A DNA stretch of 32,325 nucleotides from an uncultured Deinococcales bacterium (GCA_964247135.1 CAXTTL010000025.1:1-32325); one strand, 5' to 3'. Counted from the stretch's first letter, positions 17,142 to 27,675 are shown. Translations and numbers: made by a program. Notes: a model not told the origin generated them from the letters alone.

Positions 17142-18308
17142 ATGCGTTCTGAATTTCGCTCAAAGTTGCTCGAGGCAGCCCATCATTTTGGCACTCCGCT
17201 TTACGCTTACGACTGGTTGGTGATTCAGGCTCAACTCGAGCGAATTCGTATGGCATTCGGTGATGCTCGGATGTTTTACGCCATGAAAGCCAACCCGAAT
17301 CTGGGTATTTTAAAGCGTTTAAATGCCTTGGACGTCGGCTTTGAGGCGGTTTCTGGCGGCGAGTTTGAACGGGCGTTGTTGGCTGGCGCTCGAGCCGATC
17401 AGATTGTTTTAAATGGTCCTGGCAAGCTCGATCTGGATTACGTTCGGGCTGGTGAGGTTGGCGCGAGCATCATTTTGGATGCAATGGACGAATTCGCTCG
17501 GGTGGCACGGTTTGCGCCTGGTTCGCAGGTGCTGATTCGGGTCAACCCTGGTCTTCAAGTGTCCACGCACGATCACCTTGCCACGGGCAACGCCGGCAGC
17601 AAGTTTGGGGTGAAGTTGACGGATGTGCCAAATGCGGTCAAACTTGCCGAGCAAGCGGGTTTAAAAGTCATCGGCTTGCACATGCACATCGGCTCGAGCA
17701 TCGAAGACCCGCACGACTACAGCGACGCGCTTGAGCGAATGGCGGCACTGGCGAGAGTCATTGGCGCTCGAGAGGTCTTTGACATGGGCGGCGGTTTCGG
17801 TTTGGAGTTTGACCTTGTGCCGCTCGCCAAACTGGCTCGAGAGGCTGCCGCGAATTTCGGGGCGACAGAACTCTGGCTCGAGCCTGGACGCTGGCTTGTG
17901 GCGCAAGCTGGGGTGCTCTTGACCCAGGTTCTCGGGCGCAAACAAACCGAGCGAAATTTTGCAATTGTTGATGCGGGCATGAGCGAACTGATCCGCCCGA
18001 TGTTGTACGGCGCGGTTCACGGGGTCGAATCGCTCGATGGGACTGGAAACCTCGAGATGTTGGACATTGCGGGTCCAGCCTGTGAGAGCGGCGACATTCT
18101 GGCGCGGGATGTCAGTTTACCCGAACCCAAAGTGGGTGATTTGCTGGCGGTTTTGAACGCTGGGGCTTACGCGGGAAGCATGGCAAGCAATTACCTCACC
18201 CGCTCCAAACCTGCCGAAGTGTTGCTCGAGCAAGATGCCTGGGTGCAACTGCGCCGCCGTGACACGTTGCAAGAAATGCTGAAAGCCGAACTCGAGCCGC
18301 TGGATTAA
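17142..18308 (+). CDS. lysA: Diaminopimelate decarboxylase-like PLP enzyme
   Basis: YAMKAN (PLP lysine), SKFG, HMHIGS, DMGGGFG, EPGR, RPMLY, GPACESGD, SNY; TAAACT 6 nt before the ATG. Confidence 0.85.
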   Translation: MRSEFRSKLLEAAHHFGTPLYAYDWLVIQAQLERIRMAFGDARMFYAMKANPNLGILKRLNALDVGFEAVSGGEFERALLAGARADQIVLNGPGKLDLDYVRAGEVGASIILDAMDEFARVARFAPGSQVLIRVNPGLQVSTHDHLATGNAGSKFGVKLTDVPNAVKLAEQAGLKVIGLHMHIGSSIEDPHDYSDALERMAALARVIGAREVFDMGGGFGLEFDLVPLAKLAREAAANFGATELWLEPGRWLVAQAGVLLTQVLGRKQTERNFAIVDAGMSELIRPMLYGAVHGVESLDGTGNLEMLDIAGPACESGDILARDVSLPEPKVGDLLAVLNAGAYAGSMASNYLTRSKPAEVLLEQDAWVQLRRRDTLQEMLKAELEPLD

Positions 18309-18703
18309 CGGATTTCAGAATCGTATTGAATGTTCACAATTGTAAACGTGCCAGAAACCACCGTCACGTCCTGAGGGTTGGCTCGAGGTAAAACGTTGTC
18401 CATTGGGCTTTGCGGGTCTATCGTGTACGTTCCAGGCTCGAGTTCGATCTTGAAATTGCCTTGCGCGTTGGCTTGAAATTGCGTAACGTAAGCCTTGTTT
18501 GCGCCCATCACATGGATCAAGCCTTTGTATGGACGGTCGGCACAGTTCGAGTCGTTTACGTTTTGCACAGGGCACGTCGGTCCAATGGTCACCGTACCTT
18601 CGATGCCACTTTTGCTCGAGCCGTTTTGGTGCACGGTGCCTTGCTCTGTCGCATTGCACGCAGCCAACACCAAAGCCAGTGCCAAGCTTCCAAAAAATTT
18701 CAT
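18305..18703 (-). CDS. Lipoprotein with carboxypeptidase-regulatory/prealbumin-like beta-sandwich
   Basis: GGAGG SD then MKFFGSLALALVLAAC (lipobox); GIEGTVTIGPTCPV; G.FKIELEPGTY. The longer ORF-track start overlaps the upstream gene. Confidence 0.75.
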   Translation of the reverse strand: MKFFGSLALALVLAACNATEQGTVHQNGSSKSGIEGTVTIGPTCPVQNVNDSNCADRPYKGLIHVMGANKAYVTQFQANAQGNFKIELEPGTYTIDPQSPMDNVLPRANPQDVTVVSGTFTIVNIQYDSEIR

Positions 18704-18725
18704 TTCGCACCTCCAACGCCCGAGG

Positions 18726-19544
18726 TTAACGCAACAATTCGCGCAAAAACTTGACACTCGAGCGAACTTCATCCGCGCCGCCGTTGATTTCAAGGTTGAT
18801 CGTACCCGAAAAATTCTTAAGAAATTCACGCATACTTTGCCACGGCACTTTGCCGGTGCCGAGCGCCTGATGCGCGTCGCTAGCACCGTCATTGTCTTGC
18901 AAGTGAAAGTGCTGCAATTTGCTTAACCCGTGCAGGTATTCCTCGAGCCGTTTCAAGCCGTTTTCAAGCCCGCCACTCGAGCTGCCATCACTTTTTTCGG
19001 TGGTGCAACCTTCAACCAGCGCGTGACCAACATCCAGGCAGTTGCCAAAGTGCTCGCCCGCCTTTTGGGTCAGTGCCTCGAGTTCATTCACGCCGCGCAG
19101 CAAGTCGTAACCGTCGAGCGCCAGATTCTCGATCATCACGGGCACGAGGGGGATTATTTCGCTCAGGCTTTGCTCGAGTTTTTGTTCCGCGAATTGTTTC
19201 ATTAAAGGGTGACGCAGCGGAATCAAACCCGAATGCAGCACGCCGAGCATCGCGCCGATTTCAGCCGCATACTCGAGTCCCCTGTTCGTTCGTGCCACCG
19301 AATTCTCGCGCACGCCAGGCATCAGGCTGGCAATATTCAAATCGACGTAACTGAGGTGCACGGTGGTGCCAATGCCCGTGGCTCGAGTCAGTTCCTTGAC
19401 TTTTTGCACGCTTTGAATGGCGGGTAAAATCTCGAAGGCATCAAAAGCCAATTCGACAAATTGCAACTCGAGTTCGCTGGCAAGTTTGAACGCCTCGTCC
19501 AAATCCAGAATTTGCGCGTTAAGCGGTGTAAAACCAAGTTTCAT
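18726..19544 (-). CDS. Sugar phosphate isomerase/epimerase (xylose-isomerase-like TIM barrel)
   Basis: VEL, VHLS..DLNIAS, IEN, CLDVGH, HFHLQDNDG..DAH..LG.G, NLE metal-binding motifs. Confidence 0.85.
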   Translation of the reverse strand: MKLGFTPLNAQILDLDEAFKLASELELQFVELAFDAFEILPAIQSVQKVKELTRATGIGTTVHLSYVDLNIASLMPGVRENSVARTNRGLEYAAEIGAMLGVLHSGLIPLRHPLMKQFAEQKLEQSLSEIIPLVPVMIENLALDGYDLLRGVNELEALTQKAGEHFGNCLDVGHALVEGCTTEKSDGSSSGGLENGLKRLEEYLHGLSKLQHFHLQDNDGASDAHQALGTGKVPWQSMREFLKNFSGTINLEINGGADEVRSSVKFLRELLR

Positions 19545-19552
19545 GATTCCCT

Positions 19553-20776
19553 TTACTGACTCGCCAAGGAACGCTTTTGGGCTTCCTCGAGCACGGTCTT
19601 AACATCTTCTTTGCCCTTTAACGCCCGTTCCATCGCCTGCTCGAGGAACACTTTCCAGGCGGCGTAACCTGGCACTCGAGGGCGTGAGACCGCCTCGTCA
19701 AATTGCTCGAAGGCGGTTTTGCGGTACGGGTTTTCTTTGTACCAATCCTCGAGTGACTTCAAGGCGCTGCGCCTTACAGGCACGTAATAGCTGGCTTTGG
19801 TCCAGGCAACGATGCTCTCAACCTTCATCAGGTATTTCCAGAATTCGTAGGCGCCAGCTTGTTCGTCGTTGCTCGAGTTTTTCATGACCACCAGTTGAGC
19901 GCCGCCAAACGGGACAATGGTGCGTGTGCCTTTGGGAAGCGGGGCTGCGCCGAGTTCAAACGCCACGCTGTAAGGCAGAATATCTGGCCAGTTGGCGATG
20001 CTGGCGATTGCCATGTATGCCTTGGTGCGCACAAAATCGAGAATCGCAAATTGTGCTTCGCCCAAGGATCGCGGCACGGCGTTGCCCGATTTCACCAGGT
20101 CTTGCAAAAATTGCAGTGCCTCGATCACCTCCTTGCTGTTAAAATTTGGCTTGCCGTCGCTGGTGACGACATTTCCGCCCCTCGAGAGCACCATCTGCTC
20201 AAATTGCCAACTGTCGGCGATGGCAATAAAGCCTTTGCTGGTGCGGCTGGTCAAGGCTTTGGCGACGCTGGCAAATTCGGTCCAGGTGGTTGGCGGTTTT
20301 AAACCCTTATTGCGAAATTGGTTGGCGTTATAAAACAAAACGGGTGTGCTCGAGTTCCAGGGTAAGCCAAATCGTTTGCCGTCATAAACCCCGTAATTCC
20401 AGAGCGCTGGAAAGAAATCCTTCACAAAAGCTGGGTCGAGCGCTTTATCGAATCTCGAGAGGTCCGCCAGCGTGTCCTTTTCGGCAAGGTTTGGGAAAGT
20501 ACCAATTTCGGCTTGGAACATCACGGGCGTATTTTTGGCGTTGATCGCCGCCACAATTTTGGTGTTCGCCGTCGGGTAATCGCCGACCATGCTTGGCACA
20601 ACCTCGAACTTGTCCTGAGACTTGTTGAAGCCGTCCACCAGCGCATTGACGGCTTTTTCGCCGCCAGCCATTGAGTGCCAGAAGGTAATTTTGGTCTTCA
20701 CATTTTGCGCGTGACTGGCGAACCAGACGCTCGAGAGTCCTGCCAATGCCGCCAGTGCAATCAAAGGTTTTTTCAT
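19553..20776 (-). CDS. Carbohydrate ABC transporter substrate-binding protein (UgpB-like)
   Basis: Signal peptide; ITFWHSM, GLPWNSSTPVLFYN, PPTTW.E, FGGA.L. Confidence 0.9.
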   Translation of the reverse strand: MKKPLIALAALAGLSSVWFASHAQNVKTKITFWHSMAGGEKAVNALVDGFNKSQDKFEVVPSMVGDYPTANTKIVAAINAKNTPVMFQAEIGTFPNLAEKDTLADLSRFDKALDPAFVKDFFPALWNYGVYDGKRFGLPWNSSTPVLFYNANQFRNKGLKPPTTWTEFASVAKALTSRTSKGFIAIADSWQFEQMVLSRGGNVVTSDGKPNFNSKEVIEALQFLQDLVKSGNAVPRSLGEAQFAILDFVRTKAYMAIASIANWPDILPYSVAFELGAAPLPKGTRTIVPFGGAQLVVMKNSSNDEQAGAYEFWKYLMKVESIVAWTKASYYVPVRRSALKSLEDWYKENPYRKTAFEQFDEAVSRPRVPGYAAWKVFLEQAMERALKGKEDVKTVLEEAQKRSLASQ

Positions 20777-20849
20777 GGGTTTCTCCTGACTTGATTGTTG
20801 CAGTTTAGCTTGTCTTGGAGTCTCGAGATGGCTTAAGCATTCTTGAATC

Positions 20850-21689
20850 TTATTTTAGTCCGCCCTCGATCACTCGGGTCACGCGGCGTTCAAACAGGGC
20901 GTACAAGACCAGAATCGGCAGGCTGGTGAGCATGGCGGCAGCACCCAAAGCGCCCCAATTGTTCGGGTCTTTTTGCAACAATTCGGTCAGGGCGACTTGC
21001 ACCGTCGTCCAGTTTTTATCGTTCAAAACAATTTTCGGGTACAAGACCAAATTCCAGTGCGCGGCAAAGCCGAGCACCGTGGCGGCGGTCATTTCGGGAC
21101 GCAGCAGCGGGGCAATGACTTTGGTTAAAATTTGCAAGTTGGTTGCGCCGTCGAGTTTGGCGGCTTCGACGTAAGCCCAAGGCAGTTTGACCACGCCGCC
21201 GTAGAGCAAAAACACCGTGAACGGACTTGCCAGAAACGGCAGCACCAACGCCAGGGGGTTGTTCAGTAAATTCAAATCCTTCAACAAGCCGTATAGCGGC
21301 ACAAGCAGCAATTCGGCTGGCACGCTGAGCAAAAATAAATACAGCGGCAAGACGTTCGTTCCCGCCCGAATGGCAAACGCCGCAGGCAGCGCAATCAAGA
21401 CTTGCAAGCCAGCCACGATGCTCGAGAGCAGCAGACTGAGCAAGAGCGGGCGGATCAGTTCTTTAAATGGCAGCTCGAGGTAATTTTGAAAGGTGAAACC
21501 GACCGGAATGGTGACATCGGGTTTAAACAGCGCTTCTTTGGGAATGAACGAGCTGTACGCCAACCAAATGATCGGCAGCAGCACGAACACGACCATCAAA
21601 CCAACCACAATTCTCCCAAACCAAGTGCCTTTCGGTGGCGCTCCAGCCTGCACTTTCTCCGGCGTTTCGGGTTTAAGGTTCGGGATCAT
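20850..21689 (-). CDS. Carbohydrate ABC transporter permease (UgpE/MalG-like)
   Basis: TM helices; EAAKLDGA motif; ends GGLK. Confidence 0.92.
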   Translation of the reverse strand: MIPNLKPETPEKVQAGAPPKGTWFGRIVVGLMVVFVLLPIIWLAYSSFIPKEALFKPDVTIPVGFTFQNYLELPFKELIRPLLLSLLLSSIVAGLQVLIALPAAFAIRAGTNVLPLYLFLLSVPAELLLVPLYGLLKDLNLLNNPLALVLPFLASPFTVFLLYGGVVKLPWAYVEAAKLDGATNLQILTKVIAPLLRPEMTAATVLGFAAHWNLVLYPKIVLNDKNWTTVQVALTELLQKDPNNWGALGAAAMLTSLPILVLYALFERRVTRVIEGGLK

Positions 21690-22564
21690 AAATCACTCTT
21701 TAAAGCTCGAGCTTGAAAAGCGGAAAATGTAAAGGCGAGTGCCAGAATCAACACGCTGAGTGCCGCGCCGTAACCGAGGTTCGGGGCAGTGCCAAAGGCG
21801 GTTTCGTAAATCAGATAGCCGACCACTCGAGTTGAGCCGAACGGTCCACCTTGGGTTAAAAGAAGTACAGCCGTGTAACTCTGAATGGCGTACAAACTGC
21901 CGACCACCGCCAAAAACACGATGCTGGGACGGAGTAACGGCAGGACAATTCTAAAACGCAATTGGTTTTCGGTTGCACCGTCCACCCTGGCTGCCTCGAA
22001 CACTTCGGTTGGAATGCTTTTCAAGCCCGCGCTGACGATCAACGTGCCGTACCCGACGTTTTGCCAGATCGTGAACAGCACAATCAATGCCACACCCGCC
22101 CAGCCTTGATCGTGCCAGGGCAGACGCAAAAAACCGCCGGTCAGCGTCGCCAGCATTCCGTAATCGGGTTCATAAAGGGTGTACCAACCGATGGCGCTCG
22201 CGCCGATGGTCCATAAACTCGGCAGGAACAAAATGGCTTTCACCAACCGTTCCAAGCGTGTGCCCTCGAGTTCGATGGCGCACAGGGTCGCCAAGCCAAC
22301 AAACAGCGGCAGGGTGCAAAGCCCAAAAATCAAGGTCAGCAGCAAACTGCGCCCGACGTTGGGGTCAGCCAGCATTCGGGCGTAATTGTGAAGTCCCGCA
22401 AAGCCCTCGTAAACAATCGAGTATTTTTGAACTGAAATTTGAAAGACCTGAATCAGCGGATAGGCGATAAAAAGTGTTAACGCCAGCAAGGATGGAATCA
22501 CGCCCCACCAGGCGGGCGCGAGGCGAAAACGTGATGCTTTGGTTTTGGGGGAATCTGAAATCAC
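21686..22564 (-). CDS. Carbohydrate ABC transporter permease (UgpA/MalF-like)
   Basis: FAGLHNY, W..GY, EAARVDGA, GGPFGST; 4-nt overlap with the next permease. Confidence 0.92.
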   Translation of the reverse strand: MISDSPKTKASRFRLAPAWWGVIPSLLALTLFIAYPLIQVFQISVQKYSIVYEGFAGLHNYARMLADPNVGRSLLLTLIFGLCTLPLFVGLATLCAIELEGTRLERLVKAILFLPSLWTIGASAIGWYTLYEPDYGMLATLTGGFLRLPWHDQGWAGVALIVLFTIWQNVGYGTLIVSAGLKSIPTEVFEAARVDGATENQLRFRIVLPLLRPSIVFLAVVGSLYAIQSYTAVLLLTQGGPFGSTRVVGYLIYETAFGTAPNLGYGAALSVLILALAFTFSAFQARALKSDL

Positions 22565-22599
22565 AAATCAACATCGCACATTGCGGCTGGTTTCTCGGG

Positions 22600-23241
22600 T
22601 CAAAGCAAAAAGCGAATGCCCGTGAAGGCGTTGAATACGCCCACGGTGTTCCAGGTGAAGCCTGCCTCGACTGAAAACGCGTCGAAGTAGTAGCGCAGCC
22701 CAAGGTTGATGTCAAAGCTGTAAACGAACGCGTTGGAAAGTGGTCGAACGTAATTTCCGAGGCTGATCAAACTCAAACTAAACGTTGCGTGGAAAGGCTC
22801 GAGGTTGAGGTCTGCCATCGGTCCGAGCGCGAAATGAAAGCCAAAACCGCCAGGCTGAAACTTAAAGCTGATGTCCGCCCAAGCCCCCACCGCAATCGGT
22901 AAATCGCTGCCGAGCGAGTTGAAAATCACCACGTTGATGCCCGTACCAAAACCAAACGAGACGCCGTTGCGGCTGGCGTCGCTCGAGGATTGCGAGCCGA
23001 TGGTGATTTTTGGGGTGATCGCAATGTCGAGCGGGAAGCCTCCCAAATCGAGCGGCGTCTCGTAACCCAGGGTGACGCCAATGGTGCGCGGGTCTAGAAA
23101 TTGATAGCCGAACGTCACCGATATGGCGCGTTCGGTGGCGATGGCAACGGGGGCGGTTTGGGCTTGCGCGGAATTGAGCGCCAAAAATCCCAGGAACGAT
23201 ATGAGCAGGCTCAAAACTCGAGTGAAGCGGATTGATTTCAT
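22600..23241 (-). CDS. Secreted protein, probable outer-membrane beta-barrel
   Basis: AGGAGG SD; signal peptide ending AQA; alternating hydrophobic strands (GVTLGY, FGFGTG, INLGLRYYF, FTGIRF). Confidence 0.65.
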   Translation of the reverse strand: MKSIRFTRVLSLLISFLGFLALNSAQAQTAPVAIATERAISVTFGYQFLDPRTIGVTLGYETPLDLGGFPLDIAITPKITIGSQSSSDASRNGVSFGFGTGINVVIFNSLGSDLPIAVGAWADISFKFQPGGFGFHFALGPMADLNLEPFHATFSLSLISLGNYVRPLSNAFVYSFDINLGLRYYFDAFSVEAGFTWNTVGVFNAFTGIRFLL

Positions 23242-23413
23242 TGGTCCTCCTTGAACACTGATTTGTAGTATACGGCTCGAGTTGTATTGAAAGCATCAAG
23301 ATTTGCCGCTAAGGATCAAATGGGCTGTTCTCACCCGTTTGAGATGATTCGACTTTACATTTTTCTAAAGTGAATTGACGCTACTTTTGTCTAAAGTCTT
23401 TTGGAGGTATCAA

Positions 23414-25420
23414 GTGAAACGACTGCTTTGGATGGTTGGTTTGGTGGCGCTTTTTGCCTGTAACGATCAGACAAAACCCCCAATTGCCCACAACGAATCT
23501 GGAGTTCTGGGAAGCCTCGAGTTTCAATTGGATTCGGTTGGAACAGCCACAGCCAGCTTTAAACCTCGAGCCACGCTCTCCGATTCGGCGGCGAGCTTCA
23601 CTTCGACCGCCTTTGGTGTGACGGACGCCAGTGGAATTCGGTTTTTCAACGCCACGTTTAGCGTCAAGAACAACACGGCAAGCGATTTTAAAAACTTGTC
23701 TGTCGTGATGTACAACCAAAGTGCTCAAAACCTTCAAGGGACTGCCATCAAAGAATTGCAAACGTTTTCTGGCGCACCAATCACCGATGCGGCGGTGGTC
23801 AACCGCATCAAACCCACCCATGCGATGGGCAGCGCGACAAGCATCGACATGGCTCGAGCCGATTTTCAAGCTTTTGATTCCGCTCAGGTCGCCCAGATTC
23901 AAACCGATGCTCGGGCGCTGGGGGTTATTGCCAACAGCGACCAAATCCTCGAGTACGGTTTTGTCGCCCGCAATGGAACTGCCAGGGGAATCGCGGCGGG
24001 TGCAACCGGCAGCATCACATTGGCGTTTCGAGTTCCCAAAACGGGCGTCGCCAGCGAACCGTACCGTTTTAAAGTGACCGCCGTGATTTTTGACGCACCA
24101 ACCACGGTCGTCACGCGTTCTCGAGAGGAAAGCGCCAGCAGCGCCGCATCTCGAGCGGGCAGCATCACCGACCGCACAAATCCAACCGAAGTGGTGCTGA
24201 TTGGCAGCGATACCCAAACCTCGAGTTGCGCCAATTGCACTTTTACGCGCCGCAGCAACGCGCAAATCTCGAGTTCGGGTCAAAACCTATTGGATGACCC
24301 AAGTACCTTGGGTTTTAGCATCGAAACCGTCAAAACTGGACTTGGCATTCCCTGGAGCTTGAATTTTGCGACAGACGGCAGTTTGTACCTCACCGAACGA
24401 GGCTCACCTGGAATCAAAGTGTCGGTCAAAAAACTCAATCCGAGTACGGGGGCATTGACCACCATCACCGATTCTGGAAACTCGAGCATCCGCCAAGATG
24501 GTGAAGGCGGTGTGCTTGGCATGGAACTTGACCCAGATTTTGACACCAACAACCAGGTTTACATTTGTTACTCGTTCTGGCTGGGCAACGACTCGAGCAA
24601 CAACAACAATCGCCGCAACCGTGTCTCGAGGTTCACGATTTCTGGTACAAACCTGACTGGGGAAACGGTGCTGTTTGACAACATGCTCGGCTGGTCAAAC
24701 CACAACGGTTGTCGCGTGGCGAACGGTCCAGATGGTAAATTGTATTTTAGCATTGGCGACGCCGCCGATTATGCCCCAGGTCCAATCAAAGCCCAAGATC
24801 CCAACACCTTGGCGGGCAAGATTTTTCGCATCAATTACGATGGTTCGATTCCCAGCGACAATCCTTATTACAACACCTCAAGCGGTTCGGCTCGAGCCGT
24901 CTGGACGTTTGGTCACCGCAACCCTCAAGGGCTGGCATTTCAACCTGGCACGAATGCGCTCTGGTCGTCTGAGCACGGGCAAAACACCCGCGACGAACTG
25001 AATTTGATTTTAAAAGGCAAGAATTATGGCTGGCCCAGTTGCGTCGGCACACAGAGTCTCAACTCGCCATTAAACGTGCCTCAAGATGGAACGACCTACA
25101 ACTGCGCCGTCAGCAGCAATTTGACCGCCAGCAACTACCAACCCGCCATCAAAGAATACGACCCAAGCGTGACCGTGGCGACCAGCGACATTGCCTTTGT
25201 GACCTCGCCGTTGTTTCCAGAATGGAACGGCAACCTACTGATGAACACGCTCAAAGCCAACCGAATGTACCGCATTACCCTAAATGGCTCGAGCGTCGCT
25301 AGCGACCAGGTCATCATCCCTTCAGGTTACGGGCGACTGCGTGATGTCACGATCTCACCCGATGGATTGATTTATTTCTCGAGCGACGATGGCGCAATTT
25401 ACAGGATGATTCCAAAATGA
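23414..25420 (+). CDS. Lipoprotein: unknown N-terminal domain fused to a PQQ-dependent sugar dehydrogenase (YliI/Asd type)
   Basis: GGAGG then GTG 23414; lipobox LFAC; C-terminal GL.IPW, TER, GEGGVLG, HNGCR, GKIFRI..DG.IP.DNP, GHRNPQG, DELN, NYGWP, GRLRDV. Confidence 0.88.
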   Translation: MKRLLWMVGLVALFACNDQTKPPIAHNESGVLGSLEFQLDSVGTATASFKPRATLSDSAASFTSTAFGVTDASGIRFFNATFSVKNNTASDFKNLSVVMYNQSAQNLQGTAIKELQTFSGAPITDAAVVNRIKPTHAMGSATSIDMARADFQAFDSAQVAQIQTDARALGVIANSDQILEYGFVARNGTARGIAAGATGSITLAFRVPKTGVASEPYRFKVTAVIFDAPTTVVTRSREESASSAASRAGSITDRTNPTEVVLIGSDTQTSSCANCTFTRRSNAQISSSGQNLLDDPSTLGFSIETVKTGLGIPWSLNFATDGSLYLTERGSPGIKVSVKKLNPSTGALTTITDSGNSSIRQDGEGGVLGMELDPDFDTNNQVYICYSFWLGNDSSNNNNRRNRVSRFTISGTNLTGETVLFDNMLGWSNHNGCRVANGPDGKLYFSIGDAADYAPGPIKAQDPNTLAGKIFRINYDGSIPSDNPYYNTSSGSARAVWTFGHRNPQGLAFQPGTNALWSSEHGQNTRDELNLILKGKNYGWPSCVGTQSLNSPLNVPQDGTTYNCAVSSNLTASNYQPAIKEYDPSVTVATSDIAFVTSPLFPEWNGNLLMNTLKANRMYRITLNGSSVASDQVIIPSGYGRLRDVTISPDGLIYFSSDDGAIYRMIPK

Positions 25421-25697
25421 TTGAATTTGTCAGCCACGAGCGTCCCACGAATTCAAAGCCTGGCGACTCGAGCAAACAAGGTTCTTCAAGCCCTGAAAGT
25501 TGATTGCGCTTTGAGGTTCATAAATGGTGTGGTGCAGAGTTTGAACCTCGAGTGATACCCAAAAGCGCGGCGTTTCTTTGAACGCGGTGAAAAATGCTCG
25601 CAAATTTGCTCGAGTCGGGACAATCGACTCATCACTACAGTTGAAATGTGCCTTTCTCAAGGCATTTTCTCGAGTTTGTGACAGTATTGTGTTTTGG

Positions 25698-25726
25698 TTT
25701 ACAGCAAAACCTTTTAATGCTATTAT
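25698..25726 (+). promoter_or_regulatory. rpsA promoter
   Basis: TTTACA, N17, TATTAT with extended -10 TG; AGGAGG at 25787-92. Confidence 0.65.
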
Positions 25727-25801
25727 GAACTGTTGCTCTCGACACGGCTTTACTTCAACGTCGCCAACTCGAGAGGCGCAAGTCTTAGGAGGACTTTAGG
25801 A

Positions 25802-27652
25802 ATGGAAGACACGGTCATTCAGAATCAGACCGCTGAGGCGGTCAACACTCAAGCCGCACCTGCGGCACCCGTAGCCGCTTCAGCACCAGCCGAAACGGAA
25901 TATCCCGCCATGACGATGGAAGACGTGCTCGCGTCGGAAGAGGATCGCGTCAGCGAACTCAACCGTGGCGATGTCGTCTCTGGAACCGTCGTGTTTGTTG
26001 GAGCCGAAGGCGTGGCACTCGATGTCGGCGCGAAGATAGAGGGCACAATCCCGCTGAACCAACTCAGCGAAGAACCCTTGACGCTCGAGCAAGCCCAAGA
26101 GCAATTCAAACCAGGCGACAAGATCGATGCTTATGTGGTTCGTTCTGACATGCAGAACGGCGTCATCATTTTGTCTAAAAAGCGTGCCGAGCAAGATAAA
26201 GGCTGGCGCAAGCTTCAAGCTGTGTTTGAAAACAACGAAAACATCACGGTTCACATTGACGAAAAAGTCAAAGGTGGTCTTGTGGCAAACATCGAAGGCG
26301 TTCGCGCTTTCTTGCCTGCCAGTCAACTTGATGTGCGCCGCGTCAACGAACTCGATCCTTACGTTGGGCATCCGCTCGATGTTCGTCTGATCGAACTGAA
26401 CCGCAAACGCAACCGCGTGATCATTTCACGTCGTAGCATCATTGAAGAGCAAAAGAACAAAGCCAAAACCGAAACGCTTGACCGTCTTGCCCCAGGCACG
26501 ATTCTCGAGGGTGCGGTCGTCGAAATCACCGATTTTGGCGTCTTCGTCAACCTCGGCGGCGTCGATGGTTTGGTTCACCGCTCCGAATTGACTTACGCCC
26601 GTTTTAACCATCCAAAAGAGGTCGTGAAACTTGGCGAGCATGTCAAAGTCCAAGTGATTGACGTGGACGGCGAACGTGACCGCATCAACCTGTCCATGAA
26701 AGCCCTATCGAACGACCCGTGGCAAGCCGCCGTCGAGAAGTACACGATTGGGCAGCGCGTCAAGGGTAAAGTCACCAACCTCACCAACTTCGGTGCATTC
26801 GTCGAAATCGAATCTGGACTCGAGGGTCTGATTCACGTTTCCGAACTTTCCTGGACCAAACGCGTGCGTCACCCCAACGAAGTCCTCAAAGAAGGCGACG
26901 AGGTCGAAGCCGTCATCTTGCGCATGGACTCCAAAGACCGTCGCATCAGCTTGGGCTTGCGTCAAACCACCCCTGACCCTTGGAGCGCCCTGCCAGCCAA
27001 GTATCCACCAGGAACACCAGTCAGCGGCAAAGTCACCGGCTTAACCGATTTCGGCGTGTTCATGGAAATCGAAGAGGGCATCGAAGGCTTGATTCACATT
27101 TCCGAACTTGCCCACGAGCGCGTCACCAACCCAAGCGATCTGTTCAAAAAAGGCGACGACATCGAAGCCGTGGTCTTGAACATCGACCCCGTTGACCAAC
27201 GCGCCAGTCTTTCCCGCAAACGCACCCTTCCAGGTGGACCACCCGTCCGCGAAGAGGGCGCATCAGGCAGCACCGGCGCGAACATCCCAAGTGGACCGAG
27301 CCGCGCAGAGCGCTTTGGCACACGCGAGGGCGGCGCAAACCGTTACGGCGGCGGCGGCAACCGAGGCAACCAACAAGGCGGCGGCAAAGGTGGACGTGGC
27401 GGATACGACTACGACTACTCGAGCAGCAACAACAACAGCGCCAACGCTGACGCTGGCGGCGGTAAAGTCACCACCAAACTTGGTGACGTGTACGCGGACT
27501 TGTTCGCCCAATTTGGAATCGGTGGCGGTAAGAAAGACGAACTCAAAACCGAAGAGAAAGTTGTTGCCAGCGCACCAGCAGCACCAGCCCCAGTGGTTGA
27601 GGCAGCACCAGAAGTGGCAGCAGAAAGCTCGAGCGAAACCAGCGAAAGCTAA
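25802..27652 (+). CDS. rpsA: 30S ribosomal protein S1
   Basis: Five S1 repeats ([28 protein letters not shown] etc.); Gly-rich tail with [10 protein letters not shown]; strong SD before ATG 25802. Confidence 0.96.
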   Translation: MEDTVIQNQTAEAVNTQAAPAAPVAASAPAETEYPAMTMEDVLASEEDRVSELNRGDVVSGTVVFVGAEGVALDVGAKIEGTIPLNQLSEEPLTLEQAQEQFKPGDKIDAYVVRSDMQNGVIILSKKRAEQDKGWRKLQAVFENNENITVHIDEKVKGGLVANIEGVRAFLPASQLDVRRVNELDPYVGHPLDVRLIELNRKRNRVIISRRSIIEEQKNKAKTETLDRLAPGTILEGAVVEITDFGVFVNLGGVDGLVHRSELTYARFNHPKEVVKLGEHVKVQVIDVDGERDRINLSMKALSNDPWQAAVEKYTIGQRVKGKVTNLTNFGAFVEIESGLEGLIHVSELSWTKRVRHPNEVLKEGDEVEAVILRMDSKDRRISLGLRQTTPDPWSALPAKYPPGTPVSGKVTGLTDFGVFMEIEEGIEGLIHISELAHERVTNPSDLFKKGDDIEAVVLNIDPVDQRASLSRKRTLPGGPPVREEGASGSTGANIPSGPSRAERFGTREGGANRYGGGGNRGNQQGGGKGGRGGYDYDYSSSNNNSANADAGGGKVTTKLGDVYADLFAQFGIGGGKKDELKTEEKVVASAPAAPAPVVEAAPEVAAESSSETSES

Positions 27653-27675
27653 AACTCGAGATATAGGTTTGAAAG

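Noticed and set aside
18726-19544. TIM-barrel gene as endonuclease IV (DNA repair)
   Set aside because: Shared fold only; the sugar ABC operon context favours an isomerase/epimerase.
23381-24283. 300-aa minus-strand ORF
   Set aside because: Antisense shadow of the lipoprotein-dehydrogenase gene.
25430-25660. 76-aa minus-strand ORF in the gap before rpsA
   Set aside because: TTG start, no clear SD or leaderless -10, no recognisable motif; cannot be supported, though not excluded.
25733-25801. ORF-track N-terminal extension of rpsA (similarly the starts at 1337, 11292, 12480, 12908, 15322, 16773, 18892, 23375, 29778, 30432)
   Set aside because: Downstream starts have a better SD or a leaderless -10; the extensions overlap promoters or neighbouring genes.
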